DNA of 57,062 nt, from positions 1 through 57,062 of the IMG/VR virus record IMGVR_UViG_3300031623_000006. One strand, 5' to 3'. The notes below the pieces were generated by a model. That model saw only the letters and a program-made list of their open reading frames with translations, had not been told where the DNA came from and searched no databases. Position numbers and translations under genes: made by a program. This document shows, one piece after another, positions 44,901 through 54,244 of this stretch (its first letter is position 1; every line of letters starts with the position of its first letter). This stretch comes from a virus (taxonomy: Duplodnaviria > Caudoviricetes).

Positions 44901-45876
44901 ACTCATCATCAACAGCACCCTTGGCGAACAGTGTCGAGAACTTCTCGGCAGTTTCCTGACGAACTCCTTGGTGTATCAGTTCCCTTGTGTCAAAGTTCCG
45001 CTCGGCATACGGCGACACTTCCGGCGTGTGCAGTCCACCAGCCTTGGGACTAAACATTCTGGCGACGTGCTGTCCTGGCGATACCTGAGTGCCGGGAATC
45101 TTGCCGTATCGCATCGCGCGTCCGGCTGCGTCCATTCCGCCAGCGAGTGTCTCGCCAATACCACCAGCCTTACCAAAGACAATGGATGCGTTATTGCTTA
45201 ACGGCATACCGAAGCCCATCGCACCACCCAACGGCTGGTTGAGATGGTCGGCTAGATTCACCCCCTGCTTCGCTGCCAGTTGTTCGACGCCTGCACGTTC
45301 TGCCGTAGACGCGCCTTCCATCAGGTCGCCCAGAGTATGTCGCATTCGCCCGACACGCGGACCAACACCCTTACCGGCTACCTTGCCGAGTCGCCCCATT
45401 ACGCCCGACTGCTTCGCCAGCTCACCACCGACAGTCAGTGAGCGTGCGGGTCCAGTCATCCATGAGAGGGGGTCAGTCAGAACATCGAACCCGAACCCCA
45501 CCATGTCACGGACGCCCTCCATTGGGTCGTCCAGCCACCCCGACATGCCCGTCTCTTTGTTGGGGTTTAGGATGCCAGCGTCCGAAAGCATGTCCCGACC
45601 GTAGTTCCGGTTCTCGCTGGTGGTTGGCGTCAGCAGTTGGTCGAACGGGTTGTACTTGTCCCAGTCTCCCGTAGACAGCAGCCCGATGGTGTCGCGGAAC
45701 ATCGAACCGGGTACGTCTATGAAATTGCCAACAGCACCCAGACCAGATAGCCCAGCATTGGCTACAGAACCCATCAGTGATTGTTCATCTGGGGCACTCT
45801 GTTGCGCAGCGGGCGCACCAGAAGCAGCCCTAGCGGCAGTTGAAACCAGTCGCCCATTTACGAGTTGGTACGCCAT
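41923..45876 (-). CDS. Large internal virion or DNA-ejection protein (putative)
   Basis: 1317 aa; D...DPL.W...G N-terminal motif, VNY...T.TE...LK..FPFYSF and LNPL.K.PIE...G motifs typical of podovirus-like internal proteins. Confidence 0.7.
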   Translation of the reverse strand: MAYQLVNGRLVSTAARAASGAPAAQQSAPDEQSLMGSVANAGLSGLGAVGNFIDVPGSMFRDTIGLLSTGDWDKYNPFDQLLTPTTSENRNYGRDMLSDAGILNPNKETGMSGWLDDPMEGVRDMVGFGFDVLTDPLSWMTGPARSLTVGGELAKQSGVMGRLGKVAGKGVGPRVGRMRHTLGDLMEGASTAERAGVEQLAAKQGVNLADHLNQPLGGAMGFGMPLSNNASIVFGKAGGIGETLAGGMDAAGRAMRYGKIPGTQVSPGQHVARMFSPKAGGLHTPEVSPYAERNFDTRELIHQGVRQETAEKFSTLFAKGAVDDESAMLGRMHAEGVLDMGKLSPEAAEKAAVYGEVLESYTKRGGITDEAQELLDKLDGKAVASQIDTNANHVTPQVRRILNKNGIADDAIDASNVGDLMGELRNKVADDSFPGLFDQATSLGRNIDDFADPAGINYFPREFVEVISNNANLMHRKDYLRGLKEGTEHFRKVIADPKMHEGSVEDAVAYFKATYGKELESVFPENPLGRTKDHAGNAGAAKATGSAQGSSSVARVIIDAQEQIAEHTDALSEAGRQFRHGEIDGATFAHQKQIIESQLDDLRRKIDSGHRSSEALGRTTTVTESNPRGTARPANAASDAETVRSGQAASATKAEAHSQAALAREQQIEELVHQIQTKYTPSQRASGGFGGNPLLDAQNAKIGMQIGIAKSASFIEALSEHATPIMQYDRALGQSISVGEAIGKAGMEEITEQGGALFKFGEAVGEKIGIDHRTTAGQQQLRAMRVPERIADDIVRLVKGDDIKSVAGPMSSLYDQATNIFKVGVLSWPARIVRDFTSSQAMNVLTGNWSASASKGMHTLLAGGVADFTKIPVIRKMMQEQGMLATAENSTEMMRQLLYTHRLHSSSVGAQGVSEVAGDISGMGPSQAADISSEFAGRDPLSPFRPSTFNAGAKALSLEAINPLGIRGVGGRTQTTFKPAAIAERASRYTDSMGRGVSFVANLERGVDVTVAKRIANASQVNYLPESFTATERAYLKKAFPFYSFSSRMAKFVTKELVERPGGKLGQSIRGQNQTTQQDEPLPEHISQTASIPLGESEDGSQRFLSGLGLMHEVPMSYFGGGVRGALAQGASQLNPLAKAPIEWAAGESFFQRGPGGGRELSDMDPTVGRLLTNLGIQDETPSGKASPLLGSQGLEFLIGNSPLSRAASTARTLTDKRKYKGGPFPGSMAALNTLTGLRVTDVSQAARDAVLRETMDAEDRAMGARQFTQTYFSKADIEETRKTDPELAAHMERRNAFRRLKQKQAKARAKAKKEKK

Positions 45877-45890
45877 TGCTCACATCCTGC

Positions 45891-46256
45891 CTATTTCCCA
45901 CAGGGAAACATTGGGGTGGGAAAACCAATCGTCCCACTTTTCAAGCAGATGGTGCAATCGAAGTAGGCGGCGTGAGCCGAGACGAGTTTCCCACCATCAA
46001 CGGTGATTGTTCCGTACTTCCTGTCAGGGTTCATCTGATACGTGCCACCCTCGGGAACCAGCACGTCCATCTTGTCGGTGCGAAAGTTGTACGTCGTGAC
46101 CACGCCGTCATTAAAGACATTAACGCTCTTCATGTCCGGTCGGCCAGCCTTGTAGTTCCTCTCTGCGAACTCATCAGACTTGGCGAACCCCAGCTTCGCA
46201 GCCACCAGAGATACGCCAGTACCGATTGTCGATAACAGGAATCCACGTCGTTTCAT
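45891..46256 (-). CDS. Protein with a twin-arginine (Tat) signal peptide
   Basis: MKRRGFLLSTIGTGVSLVAAKLGFA; GAGGAG site. Confidence 0.7.
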   Translation of the reverse strand: MKRRGFLLSTIGTGVSLVAAKLGFAKSDEFAERNYKAGRPDMKSVNVFNDGVVTTYNFRTDKMDVLVPEGGTYQMNPDRKYGTITVDGGKLVSAHAAYFDCTICLKSGTIGFPTPMFPCGK

Positions 46257-46318
46257 TTCTCTCTCTCCTCTGAATGGTTCTGTAATTCACAAACCATCCT
46301 ACGACGCGCCACCCCAAA

Positions 46319-46648
46319 TCACAAGACGTAGTACGAACCACACCCAGTCAATGCCACCGTGCCGGGATTCGTCAGATTCAACGCCTCACCCTTCGCAGTC
46401 TCGAAATACCCATTGTCCCCGTCCGGCAGAACCAAACCGGGGTCTGTCGCCTTGAATACGTGCGGGAATATGATAGTCGTTGCCGACTTGAAATCGACTG
46501 TATCCGCACCGACCCCAGTCAGCACTAAGCTGAGAACGACAATCTGTTCGGTGGAAGCCGGTGCAGCCACACACACGATCGTCGCGTCAGCGCTGTCAAT
46601 CTTGAAATACAGCACCTTACGCCGGTAATGTTCTCGCAAACCTGCCAT
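46319..46648 (-). CDS. Small beta-rich virion protein
   Basis: AAGGGG site; F.T..GEALNL motif. Confidence 0.65.
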   Translation of the reverse strand: MAGLREHYRRKVLYFKIDSADATIVCVAAPASTEQIVVLSLVLTGVGADTVDFKSATTIIFPHVFKATDPGLVLPDGDNGYFETAKGEALNLTNPGTVALTGCGSYYVL

Positions 46649-46728
46649 CGCTCATTCCCCTTAGTCGTCCACTGACACTGGCCCCAGAACGGTGTCCCGT
46701 CTCCCCCTCACTGTAACCGTCAGATTGC

Positions 46729-47052
46729 TCATTTCTTTTTCTTCGACTTCGGCTTGGTTTCCTTGGGGGTCTCTTTGTCGAGTTCCCCTATCGGCTTAAT
46801 CGTTCCGTCGGCGTCGATACCAACCGCTTCCAAGTTTTCCACCACCTCGTCCACCACAAGAGCCACCGGCAGCACATGCGTACCGGCAGGTTCCCCATTG
46901 GCGAAGTCGATAGCGTTCTGAAGACTGCCGAACGTCACGCCTGCAGAACAGGAAGTCTGATACTGCCTGCCCTGCACGGCGACGTTGTTGGATATAACAT
47001 GTCCGTTGACGACTGAACTGAACGTCTTCGGATCGTTGATGTCGAACTGCAT
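46729..47052 (-). CDS. Hypothetical protein with Lys-rich tail
   Basis: GGAG site; 107 aa. Confidence 0.65.
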   Translation of the reverse strand: MQFDINDPKTFSSVVNGHVISNNVAVQGRQYQTSCSAGVTFGSLQNAIDFANGEPAGTHVLPVALVVDEVVENLEAVGIDADGTIKPIGELDKETPKETKPKSKKKK

Positions 47053-47067
47053 GATACTCTACTCCGA

Positions 47068-48015
47068 TTAGGGGATGGCGTGTGACGAGGCCGGTTCAAG
47101 CAAACCGGATTCAGCAACGGTGTTGCTAAACAAGTTCTGAATCCACCAAATCGCTGCACCCTTTGTCATTTCCGCATCGACCTTATTGTAGGCACCCTTG
47201 TTGTACGATGCGATACCTGTTGAGGACGCATGGAAGTCCAGCACGTAGCCAGCGGCCCCCGTGTCTTGATTCACGAGAATGTTGTTGGATATCGTGACGT
47301 TCGTCGCAGCAGCAACCAGGTGATCCACAACGGAATCTGACGAGTCCACGAAGAACGTGTTGTTGCTGATGACGACGTCCGAGGTTGTTCCAGCGAACAG
47401 AATCGAGTTTGACAGCGTCCCGGCGAGACTGACGAAACTGCACCCATCAACAGTCAGGTCGGTGACAGTCGTCGCCACACTGACGTGAATCAGGAACTCG
47501 TTCGCGGCACTGGTGTCACGCATCTTGATTCCACGCAACGTGCAGTTGTCGCCCGCTGCGGCAATCGTAACGCCCGAGGTCGTTCCAGTCGCGAAGTTCG
47601 CAACCAGCTTCAGGTTCTGCAACAGCACGCTGGCAGCACCAACGGTAATCGAACCGGCAGCAGCCGTGAACGAAATCGTCGGCACGTCAGCACCGTGACC
47701 AAGACCGATAATCGACACACCAGCGACATCGCAGTTGATGCCGGTTGCCGTGGTGATGTCTTCCGCGTGACCCGGCATGACGTAAATCACGTCGCCGATG
47801 TTCGCCGTGCATTGCCCGATGGCGTAGTCGATAGTCGCAAACGGCTTCTGCTGTGAACCACTGGCGGTTCCATCAGAACCCGAATCGTCCACGTAGTACA
47901 CCGTACCAGTGGTGTTTGCCAACGCGAAGTCGAGTGCGTTCGTGACTTCACGAACCACAGACCGGTTGTTGAGTGACGCCAAGAGAACGCCGTCTGCTTT
48001 TGAACTTAGACTCAT
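47068..48015 (-). CDS. Right-handed beta-helix virion protein
   Basis: YYVD...G.S...PFATIDYAIGQCTAN.GDVIYVMPGHAE followed by I.NN repeats; AAGGAG before the 48015 start. Confidence 0.75.
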   Translation of the reverse strand: MSLSSKADGVLLASLNNRSVVREVTNALDFALANTTGTVYYVDDSGSDGTASGSQQKPFATIDYAIGQCTANIGDVIYVMPGHAEDITTATGINCDVAGVSIIGLGHGADVPTISFTAAAGSITVGAASVLLQNLKLVANFATGTTSGVTIAAAGDNCTLRGIKMRDTSAANEFLIHVSVATTVTDLTVDGCSFVSLAGTLSNSILFAGTTSDVVISNNTFFVDSSDSVVDHLVAAATNVTISNNILVNQDTGAAGYVLDFHASSTGIASYNKGAYNKVDAEMTKGAAIWWIQNLFSNTVAESGLLEPASSHAIP

Positions 48016-48069
48016 CACAAATCTCCTTGTGCGAGACACACACTTTCGTGCGTGACCAAGTGAATGGAG

Positions 48070-48639
48070 CTACTGCGCCCCATGTTTATCAACGATACTC
48101 TCTCTGAGTTCTCTCTGATCTGCACGCTTCAAGTCGGGGTTCGCCCGTATCTTCTGCTTGCGAATCTTCTCTACCATCTTCGGTGACAGTTTCACCTGCT
48201 GACTCTTGTCCCACGGGTCTACTTCCGGCTCGCGGGTTTCCACCCCAACCACAGCGTCCGTTCCTACGCCGGACGATGCCTTGTATCCACGTCGTTCCAT
48301 CGTCTGTTTGATGTGTCCCCTGCCCTGCCCGTGATTGATGAACGCTGCGGGGTCTGCTTCAGAACTGGCTACCGCACTGTTGTACCAATCGCTTCCCTTT
48401 GGCTTGTAGCCACGCTTCATCGCCAACTGACACAGCCTGTCGGTCATCGCCGGGTCTCTGTCATACATGTGGGAAATCGTCTCGACGCCCTGCATCATCA
48501 CGTCGTCCGTCATAATCCGTGGTGGCTGGCGTAGGGCCAGCATCTCAGCCATTCGCTGACTATTCCCCCTCTCTTCCATCAGGTAGAGGAAGTAGAGAAC
48601 GGTGTCGTCACCGGCTGCTTCGATGTCGTATGGAATCAT
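48070..48639 (-). CDS. Hypothetical protein downstream of the portal
   Basis: ATGA overlap with the portal gene; 189 aa. Confidence 0.7.
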   Translation of the reverse strand: MIPYDIEAAGDDTVLYFLYLMEERGNSQRMAEMLALRQPPRIMTDDVMMQGVETISHMYDRDPAMTDRLCQLAMKRGYKPKGSDWYNSAVASSEADPAAFINHGQGRGHIKQTMERRGYKASSGVGTDAVVGVETREPEVDPWDKSQQVKLSPKMVEKIRKQKIRANPDLKRADQRELRESIVDKHGAQ

Positions 48640-51089
48640 TTGGCACTTCCATTCTTCGGGGCTTGTGCCTTCATTCGATTTTGCATCTGCATCCCTTCAA
48701 TCTTAATTTGGTTCTCTGCTCTTTTCTGGAAGATGCCCATGGCGTGCTTCAGCTTGTCCTGCGACATATCTTGGACGAACTTCTGCTGGTCCTGCTGGAC
48801 ATCCTGAACGTGCTTCTGGCTATCCTTCTGCATCTCTTGGCCGTGCTTAATCTTGTCTATCTTCAACTCTTGGCCCAGCTTCAATTGTTCAATCTGTAAC
48901 TCTTGGGCGTTTTTGGCTTGGTCGAATTGTAGTTCCATTTGCTGTTTCTTGACATCCACGCCGCCCGTCGCAGCCTGTATCTGGGTTTCCACTTGAGTCT
49001 TCTGTATCTCAGCTTGGGACTTTTGCACTTCCATCATCGTCTTTTGCAAGTCGGCTTGCAGTTGCTGCTGTTCAAGCTGTGCAGCCTGCTGCTGTTCTTC
49101 GGACGGTTCAGGACGCCAAGGACCAAGCGCCCACTTACCAAAGTCCTGCTCCATCGAGTCGCCCATCGCATCGAAGTATGCGTTGAGTTGAGACGTGTCC
49201 CCAGTATCGACTGAGTATTTCTCCAAGACAGGCAAGAGAGTTTGCATCATGTTCCGCAGGTTGCTCGACAGTCGCTCTCTGTTCGGCTTGCGAATGTCCG
49301 ATGATTCCACAGTCGCACGCATCTCGCGAACGAAGACTTCCGGGTCTTCCGACGCAATTAACTGATCCCAGAAGTACGCACCGTATTTCCCGAGTAGCGG
49401 TAGAAGATCACCCCCCTCCACGGTCCAGCCGGCTAGGAACTTCTCCAAGTCGGCACCTTCAGTCATAAACCGGGCAACGTCCTGTGCCATCTTGTCCGGT
49501 CGGATACTCGCCTTCTCTTCCTTCGATTCAACATCACGCGCTGTCCGAGACGCCGAACCACCGACGTTCATCGAGTACATGATTTCCGTCAGTCCGGTTC
49601 GCTTGTCGAACATCCCAGACAAGACGCCAATCGCATCCAGCAAGTCGTTGTTCATTCCCGGTCGATTGAGGAACCCAATCATCTTGTCAATCGACTGCTG
49701 TGCCGCGTCGTTGATTTCCAATAACGCAGGATTCTCTCTCGACTTCAGTGCTTCCCTAATCTTCTTTCCAGCACTACCCATGTAAGCGATAAGCTGCTTG
49801 CGGTTCTCATACGCCTGATCGACAAACGCCGAGATCAGGACGTTCATGCAAATCAATTCACCAAGAGCCGGTGCCAGCGGTGCAATCGGCCACGCACTGT
49901 CGGGGTTTCTGTTGAAGTCAAGCAGAGCCACCGGCCAACGCTTATCCAAGTACGACGGGAATGGCGAACCATAGTTCCCAGTTCGCCACTGGAATCGTTC
50001 CTTAACCTGCTCGTTGTTCATCTTCGACAGTGAACTGCGAGGACAATTCAGCGGCCACGGAATAGACGGCGACACGCACAAGTAAGCAAAGTCACCGACA
50101 TTCTTGTCGAACTCATTGTGGACATCGGAGTTGAAATCGGAATTCCCATCCCCAGTGAAGTCAGACCGAGTTGCAACACCAGACTTAGACCAGATTTCAA
50201 ACCACGGAATCAGGTCGTTTGTCATCCCATTGCGTCGGTACTGGCCGGCAGTCCCACCGTTGTTCGCGGCTTGACTGGCGGCACTCTCCGCTTTCCCCAG
50301 ATGCTTCAGTGCATCCTTTGGGAGTTCAAACAGTTCTTCCAGTTCCCACGAGTGATTCCAATGCTTGCGGATGATGTAGTTTGCATCGTCCAATGTGGGG
50401 GAGATACTGTCGGGGTCAATCAGCAGGTTATCAACGCTATCGAAGAACCGACCAGTCAGTCGGCGATCGGAACCGGGGAACGTGTAATCCTCAACCCACG
50501 TACAGCCGCGACCTTTCACCAACGCTTCGGTGATTGCCAACTCTGCATGAACGGCAAGTCCACCACCCGGCTGTTCTCGCTGGCTGTAGTTCAGGTACTT
50601 CTCCATCAGGTCATTGCGTAAGTCCTGACGCTTCAGGTCAGCAGCAGACTCCATCTGGGCCTGCTCGAACATCTGCATGACATTCGGGTCGTTCGGATCT
50701 CCGAACAGTTCAGGACTCAACTCAATCGGCTCTTCAGTCTGAATCCACACATTCGGATTCTTCCAGAACAGGTACGGTCCAAAGATGGCGACCAACTCAA
50801 ACGCCTTCTGCAACGTCACCTGAAACTTCGGCGTCTGAATCCCTGATCCCATGTGCTTCTTGAGGTATTCGGATTCCCACATAAATCCAGAAGACTTCGA
50901 GTAGAACTGAGAACACTGATCGGCAATCTCCTGAAACGGTGCCTTCGCCGATTCAGCCTGCTGAATCTTTATCAGCCACTGATTGACCAGCGGACGCAAG
51001 AACTCCACCGGACCATCGGACGCACCGGTCCCAGGTCGGGCTGATGCCCTCGGGACCAGTGAGCCGTCTTGATGGGTGTATTCAGGCAT
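48636..51089 (-). CDS. Portal protein (P22-like, with long C-terminal coiled coil)
   Basis: 817 aa following terL; EAL..GRG..W, LIDPD and ..TGL.E...SRTA motifs; Gln-rich C-terminal heptads. Confidence 0.8.
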   Translation of the reverse strand: MPEYTHQDGSLVPRASARPGTGASDGPVEFLRPLVNQWLIKIQQAESAKAPFQEIADQCSQFYSKSSGFMWESEYLKKHMGSGIQTPKFQVTLQKAFELVAIFGPYLFWKNPNVWIQTEEPIELSPELFGDPNDPNVMQMFEQAQMESAADLKRQDLRNDLMEKYLNYSQREQPGGGLAVHAELAITEALVKGRGCTWVEDYTFPGSDRRLTGRFFDSVDNLLIDPDSISPTLDDANYIIRKHWNHSWELEELFELPKDALKHLGKAESAASQAANNGGTAGQYRRNGMTNDLIPWFEIWSKSGVATRSDFTGDGNSDFNSDVHNEFDKNVGDFAYLCVSPSIPWPLNCPRSSLSKMNNEQVKERFQWRTGNYGSPFPSYLDKRWPVALLDFNRNPDSAWPIAPLAPALGELICMNVLISAFVDQAYENRKQLIAYMGSAGKKIREALKSRENPALLEINDAAQQSIDKMIGFLNRPGMNNDLLDAIGVLSGMFDKRTGLTEIMYSMNVGGSASRTARDVESKEEKASIRPDKMAQDVARFMTEGADLEKFLAGWTVEGGDLLPLLGKYGAYFWDQLIASEDPEVFVREMRATVESSDIRKPNRERLSSNLRNMMQTLLPVLEKYSVDTGDTSQLNAYFDAMGDSMEQDFGKWALGPWRPEPSEEQQQAAQLEQQQLQADLQKTMMEVQKSQAEIQKTQVETQIQAATGGVDVKKQQMELQFDQAKNAQELQIEQLKLGQELKIDKIKHGQEMQKDSQKHVQDVQQDQQKFVQDMSQDKLKHAMGIFQKRAENQIKIEGMQMQNRMKAQAPKNGSAK

Positions 51090-51090
51090 A

Positions 51091-51450
51091 TTATGCTGTT
51101 ACCGTTTCCAGTTTGGCTTTTGCGACTCTGTCACGAGCTTCCTTCTGCGACTTATCCCACACGGACTCAGCAGCCTTCTCTTCGGCGTTCGGCTTGTATT
51201 CCATGCCGGGCAAGTATCGCCACGCACCACATCCGATACCCTGGAGGGACTGCGGATGTTCTTTGAAATGCGGGTCATCGACGTGACGAACGTAGTTCCG
51301 TAGCTGCTTGAGCGTTCCTCCGTTGGCAGGTTGGGTGTTCAACTTCACCGCCCCATGCGCACCGCGAAACGTCACGTCAGCTACGAATATGCTGCCCTCG
51401 TCGCCTTGATTCAAATACTGAACTCTCCAACCAATCGGGGGGCTAACCAT
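51091..51450 (-). CDS. Hypothetical protein
   Basis: GAGAGG site before MVSPPIGWRV; contains HVDDP...GAW. Confidence 0.65.
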   Translation of the reverse strand: MVSPPIGWRVQYLNQGDEGSIFVADVTFRGAHGAVKLNTQPANGGTLKQLRNYVRHVDDPHFKEHPQSLQGIGCGAWRYLPGMEYKPNAEEKAAESVWDKSQKEARDRVAKAKLETVTA

Positions 51451-51469
51451 GTTCTCTTTCCTCTCTGAG

Positions 51470-54244
51470 TTACGCTGCTGTTCCCGGACCACAATAGACC
51501 GTGAACTCATCCTGCTCTTCTTTCTCGTTGACTTCATCATCGTACCACTTATCGAACCGCTGGGAAGCCGCTAAACCCTTCCCACCCAAGACATTCGTCA
51601 AGTCCGGCATCTTGTACGTTGGGTGGCGTGAAGCCCAATATTCGAGACAGTTCCCTGCAACCAGCGGACTGCCGTTTCTCCTGACAACCAACGTACCGTT
51701 CGGTACGGTAGCACAATACACCATTCCATCATATTGTTTTTCGTGGTGGTTTGGCTCTCCGCTGTGCCTGTGCAGGCCAGCGCGGGGGTGTTCCAGTTCT
51801 GACACAATGTATTGTCGCCTCGACATTCCGCTTCTGCCCTTGATGTTCCACGGCTCTGGTTCTTTCTCTTTGATGCTAGCTGATATTCCGAGTTTCAAAT
51901 ACAACTCCTGAATATCGTCAGCCAGCCCCAAGCACGCCGTGCTGCTTCTACGTCGTGTTCCGTTTTCAATCCACCCGTCACCCATTAAGTAACCAGCAAT
52001 GAATCGCCGGATTATCCTTGGCGAAGCCCATTTAACCCAGTCGGGGACACGCTTAGTGTAGACGTTTCCAATTGGATTGACGTGATGCCACAACTGCTTA
52101 CTGGAGCATGAGTAGCCTTGTGGGTATCTTGTCCACTTCCACGGCATCGAATCGAGCAAAGGCTCCAGCACTGGCTTGAATTTTGTCTTTGTCTGAGAAA
52201 TCTGAACTCGATACCCATTCCCAGGGCACCGTGGATTGGAGTCTGAGCACCCTTCAGCAACATACCACCCAATGAATTCAGCAAAATCACCTGCGTCCAT
52301 ATCAAATTCTCCGCCCCTGGAGCGGGGTGGCTTGGGGACTAAATGAACATCGTAGTCCTTCCCGTCCCCGTATATACCTGCGTGCATTTTCAGTCTGTCA
52401 TGTCGCCGCATGTCCGTAGCTCGCAACATCACGGGCGATTCGTCTTCAAATCTTGGGTAAACTACCATTCGGTGATCTGGGGTTACCATTGCATTCAGCT
52501 TGTGGCCGCCAAATTCAATCATCTCACCGCTGAATCGCTTCGCAATCAAACCAGTTGGGCTTTGGTACTCCATCCGATTTGACTTCAGGTTCGATGTCGC
52601 CAGCTTATCGGACATCACCACATCCCTAAACGGCTTCCACCCACTGTCGGTCAGTGCTTCTGTTTTCTCATCAAAACAAACTCTCACGTCATCGCGCTGA
52701 CCGGTTGCCGCCTTCTCTTCGACAATCGTGATGCCCTCTGGACCCGTAACTGTCTTCTTCAGGTTGTTCTCAATCTGCCACACAAGATTCGGACAACGCT
52801 TCGTGACAATCCGCAACTGGGGGCATCCGCTCGGGCGGTAGGACATCATCGTTTCAACCAATCCCTTGCGGGCCGCGAAGTCTGGATCACCGGGAATGAA
52901 GTTCGACTGCGTTTCTTGGCACAGAATTCCCAACCTCTGAAACTCTTTCGAGTAGTTCGCGCCAACCGTTCCACTGAAGCCCATCGGTGTCTGACGTGAC
53001 GCCTGTCCGTCGATGATGAACCGCTGGAACTGATACCCACCCGCCTTGGCTTTCACGGCTTTAGCGATTCCACGAGCATCGAGTCGGGGAATGTAGATTT
53101 CTGCATACGGCACATAGCTTGGCTCGTGTCCTTCCCAGAATTCCGGGGGAGGCACAGCACAAAACAGAACTGCCGGCTTGGCTGTACCTGGATCGAGAAT
53201 CAGTTCACGAGTCCAGTCTGCCGGCGGCTCACCGTTTCGTTCTCGTAGAACCTTGCTGATTGCGTCGTCTTGGTCGGGGTTCTCGTAAATCGCTCTGTGA
53301 ATCGCACGGTCAAACGTCGGGTAAATCTTAATCGTGTCTGTCAGGAACTCGCCTTCGTCACGCATGCGACGGTCATCGTCGCTCCAGCCGTCAAGACGCT
53401 TACGCTTTTCGTCGTCGTCGATGTGTGGGTTGGCACTGAATCGCAACGTCAACTCATCGCAATCAGCCGACTCACGCTCGCCACGTTGAACTTCCTCAGC
53501 CTGTTCCTGCGCACGGTGACTCAATCGAATCATCGCACCATTGTCGGCACGAGGCATCGTTGACCAGACAATCCTGCCCTTCGTGTCAGACAGCCGAGCT
53601 TGCCATTCCGCGTAGTGACCGGGAATCGAAATGCGTTCGTCAACCCAGATATAGTCAACAGGGTCGCCCTGCTTCACTTCGCCCGTCGAAGCCCATGCCT
53701 TGATGACCGTTCCGTTCTTCATCGGGATGTGGCTGAACTGTCGCTCTTTCTTGTTCTCCCAACCAATGCCGTCCATTCCGCCTTCAACTTCACTCAGTGG
53801 AATGAGGGGAAACGATGGCCTGCAGTCCAGCTCTCTGCCGGCATCTATCGCCGGGTCGAACGCTCGCCACGGACCCGAACCGTCCGGCTGGTCTCGGAGA
53901 ATCCTGTAGAGACCCCGCTTGAACAGAACTCGCCATATTGTGTCGCCGATGTGGTCCCACTGTAATCCCACAACCCAAGCAAGCAAGGGACGCTTCAACT
54001 GCCACGGGAGTCGCTGCTCAATTGGGTTGCCGTCCTTGTCGTGAATCGGCTTCCCGCGAACCACAGCGGCAAACTTCGCTGCTGCACTGATTGTCTTGCC
54101 GGCACGGTTTCCGCCGCGAAGCAAAAACTCACTGCACTGAGACTGAAAGAACGGAAGCTGCGTCGGAAACGCGCGGAACATCCCCAGTCCGTCGTTACGA
54201 CGACGAGCCAGTTCTACCGCATTGCGAATCTGACGATCACTCAT
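51470..54244 (-). CDS. terL: Terminase large subunit containing an intein
   Basis: Q motif PTQLPF, Walker A GGNRAGKT, Walker B YIWVDE, nuclease ILDPG and FIIDG motifs. Confidence 0.93.
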   Translation of the reverse strand: MSDRQIRNAVELARRRNDGLGMFRAFPTQLPFFQSQCSEFLLRGGNRAGKTISAAAKFAAVVRGKPIHDKDGNPIEQRLPWQLKRPLLAWVVGLQWDHIGDTIWRVLFKRGLYRILRDQPDGSGPWRAFDPAIDAGRELDCRPSFPLIPLSEVEGGMDGIGWENKKERQFSHIPMKNGTVIKAWASTGEVKQGDPVDYIWVDERISIPGHYAEWQARLSDTKGRIVWSTMPRADNGAMIRLSHRAQEQAEEVQRGERESADCDELTLRFSANPHIDDDEKRKRLDGWSDDDRRMRDEGEFLTDTIKIYPTFDRAIHRAIYENPDQDDAISKVLRERNGEPPADWTRELILDPGTAKPAVLFCAVPPPEFWEGHEPSYVPYAEIYIPRLDARGIAKAVKAKAGGYQFQRFIIDGQASRQTPMGFSGTVGANYSKEFQRLGILCQETQSNFIPGDPDFAARKGLVETMMSYRPSGCPQLRIVTKRCPNLVWQIENNLKKTVTGPEGITIVEEKAATGQRDDVRVCFDEKTEALTDSGWKPFRDVVMSDKLATSNLKSNRMEYQSPTGLIAKRFSGEMIEFGGHKLNAMVTPDHRMVVYPRFEDESPVMLRATDMRRHDRLKMHAGIYGDGKDYDVHLVPKPPRSRGGEFDMDAGDFAEFIGWYVAEGCSDSNPRCPGNGYRVQISQTKTKFKPVLEPLLDSMPWKWTRYPQGYSCSSKQLWHHVNPIGNVYTKRVPDWVKWASPRIIRRFIAGYLMGDGWIENGTRRRSSTACLGLADDIQELYLKLGISASIKEKEPEPWNIKGRSGMSRRQYIVSELEHPRAGLHRHSGEPNHHEKQYDGMVYCATVPNGTLVVRRNGSPLVAGNCLEYWASRHPTYKMPDLTNVLGGKGLAASQRFDKWYDDEVNEKEEQDEFTVYCGPGTAA
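51650..52678 (-). mobile_element. Intein with LAGLIDADG homing endonuclease (343 aa)
   Basis: N-terminal CFDEKTEALT..GWK, block B VTPDHRM, FIGWYVAEG and FIAGYLMGDG helices, C-terminal VYCATVPNGTLVVRRNG...AGN followed by Cys+1. Confidence 0.93.
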
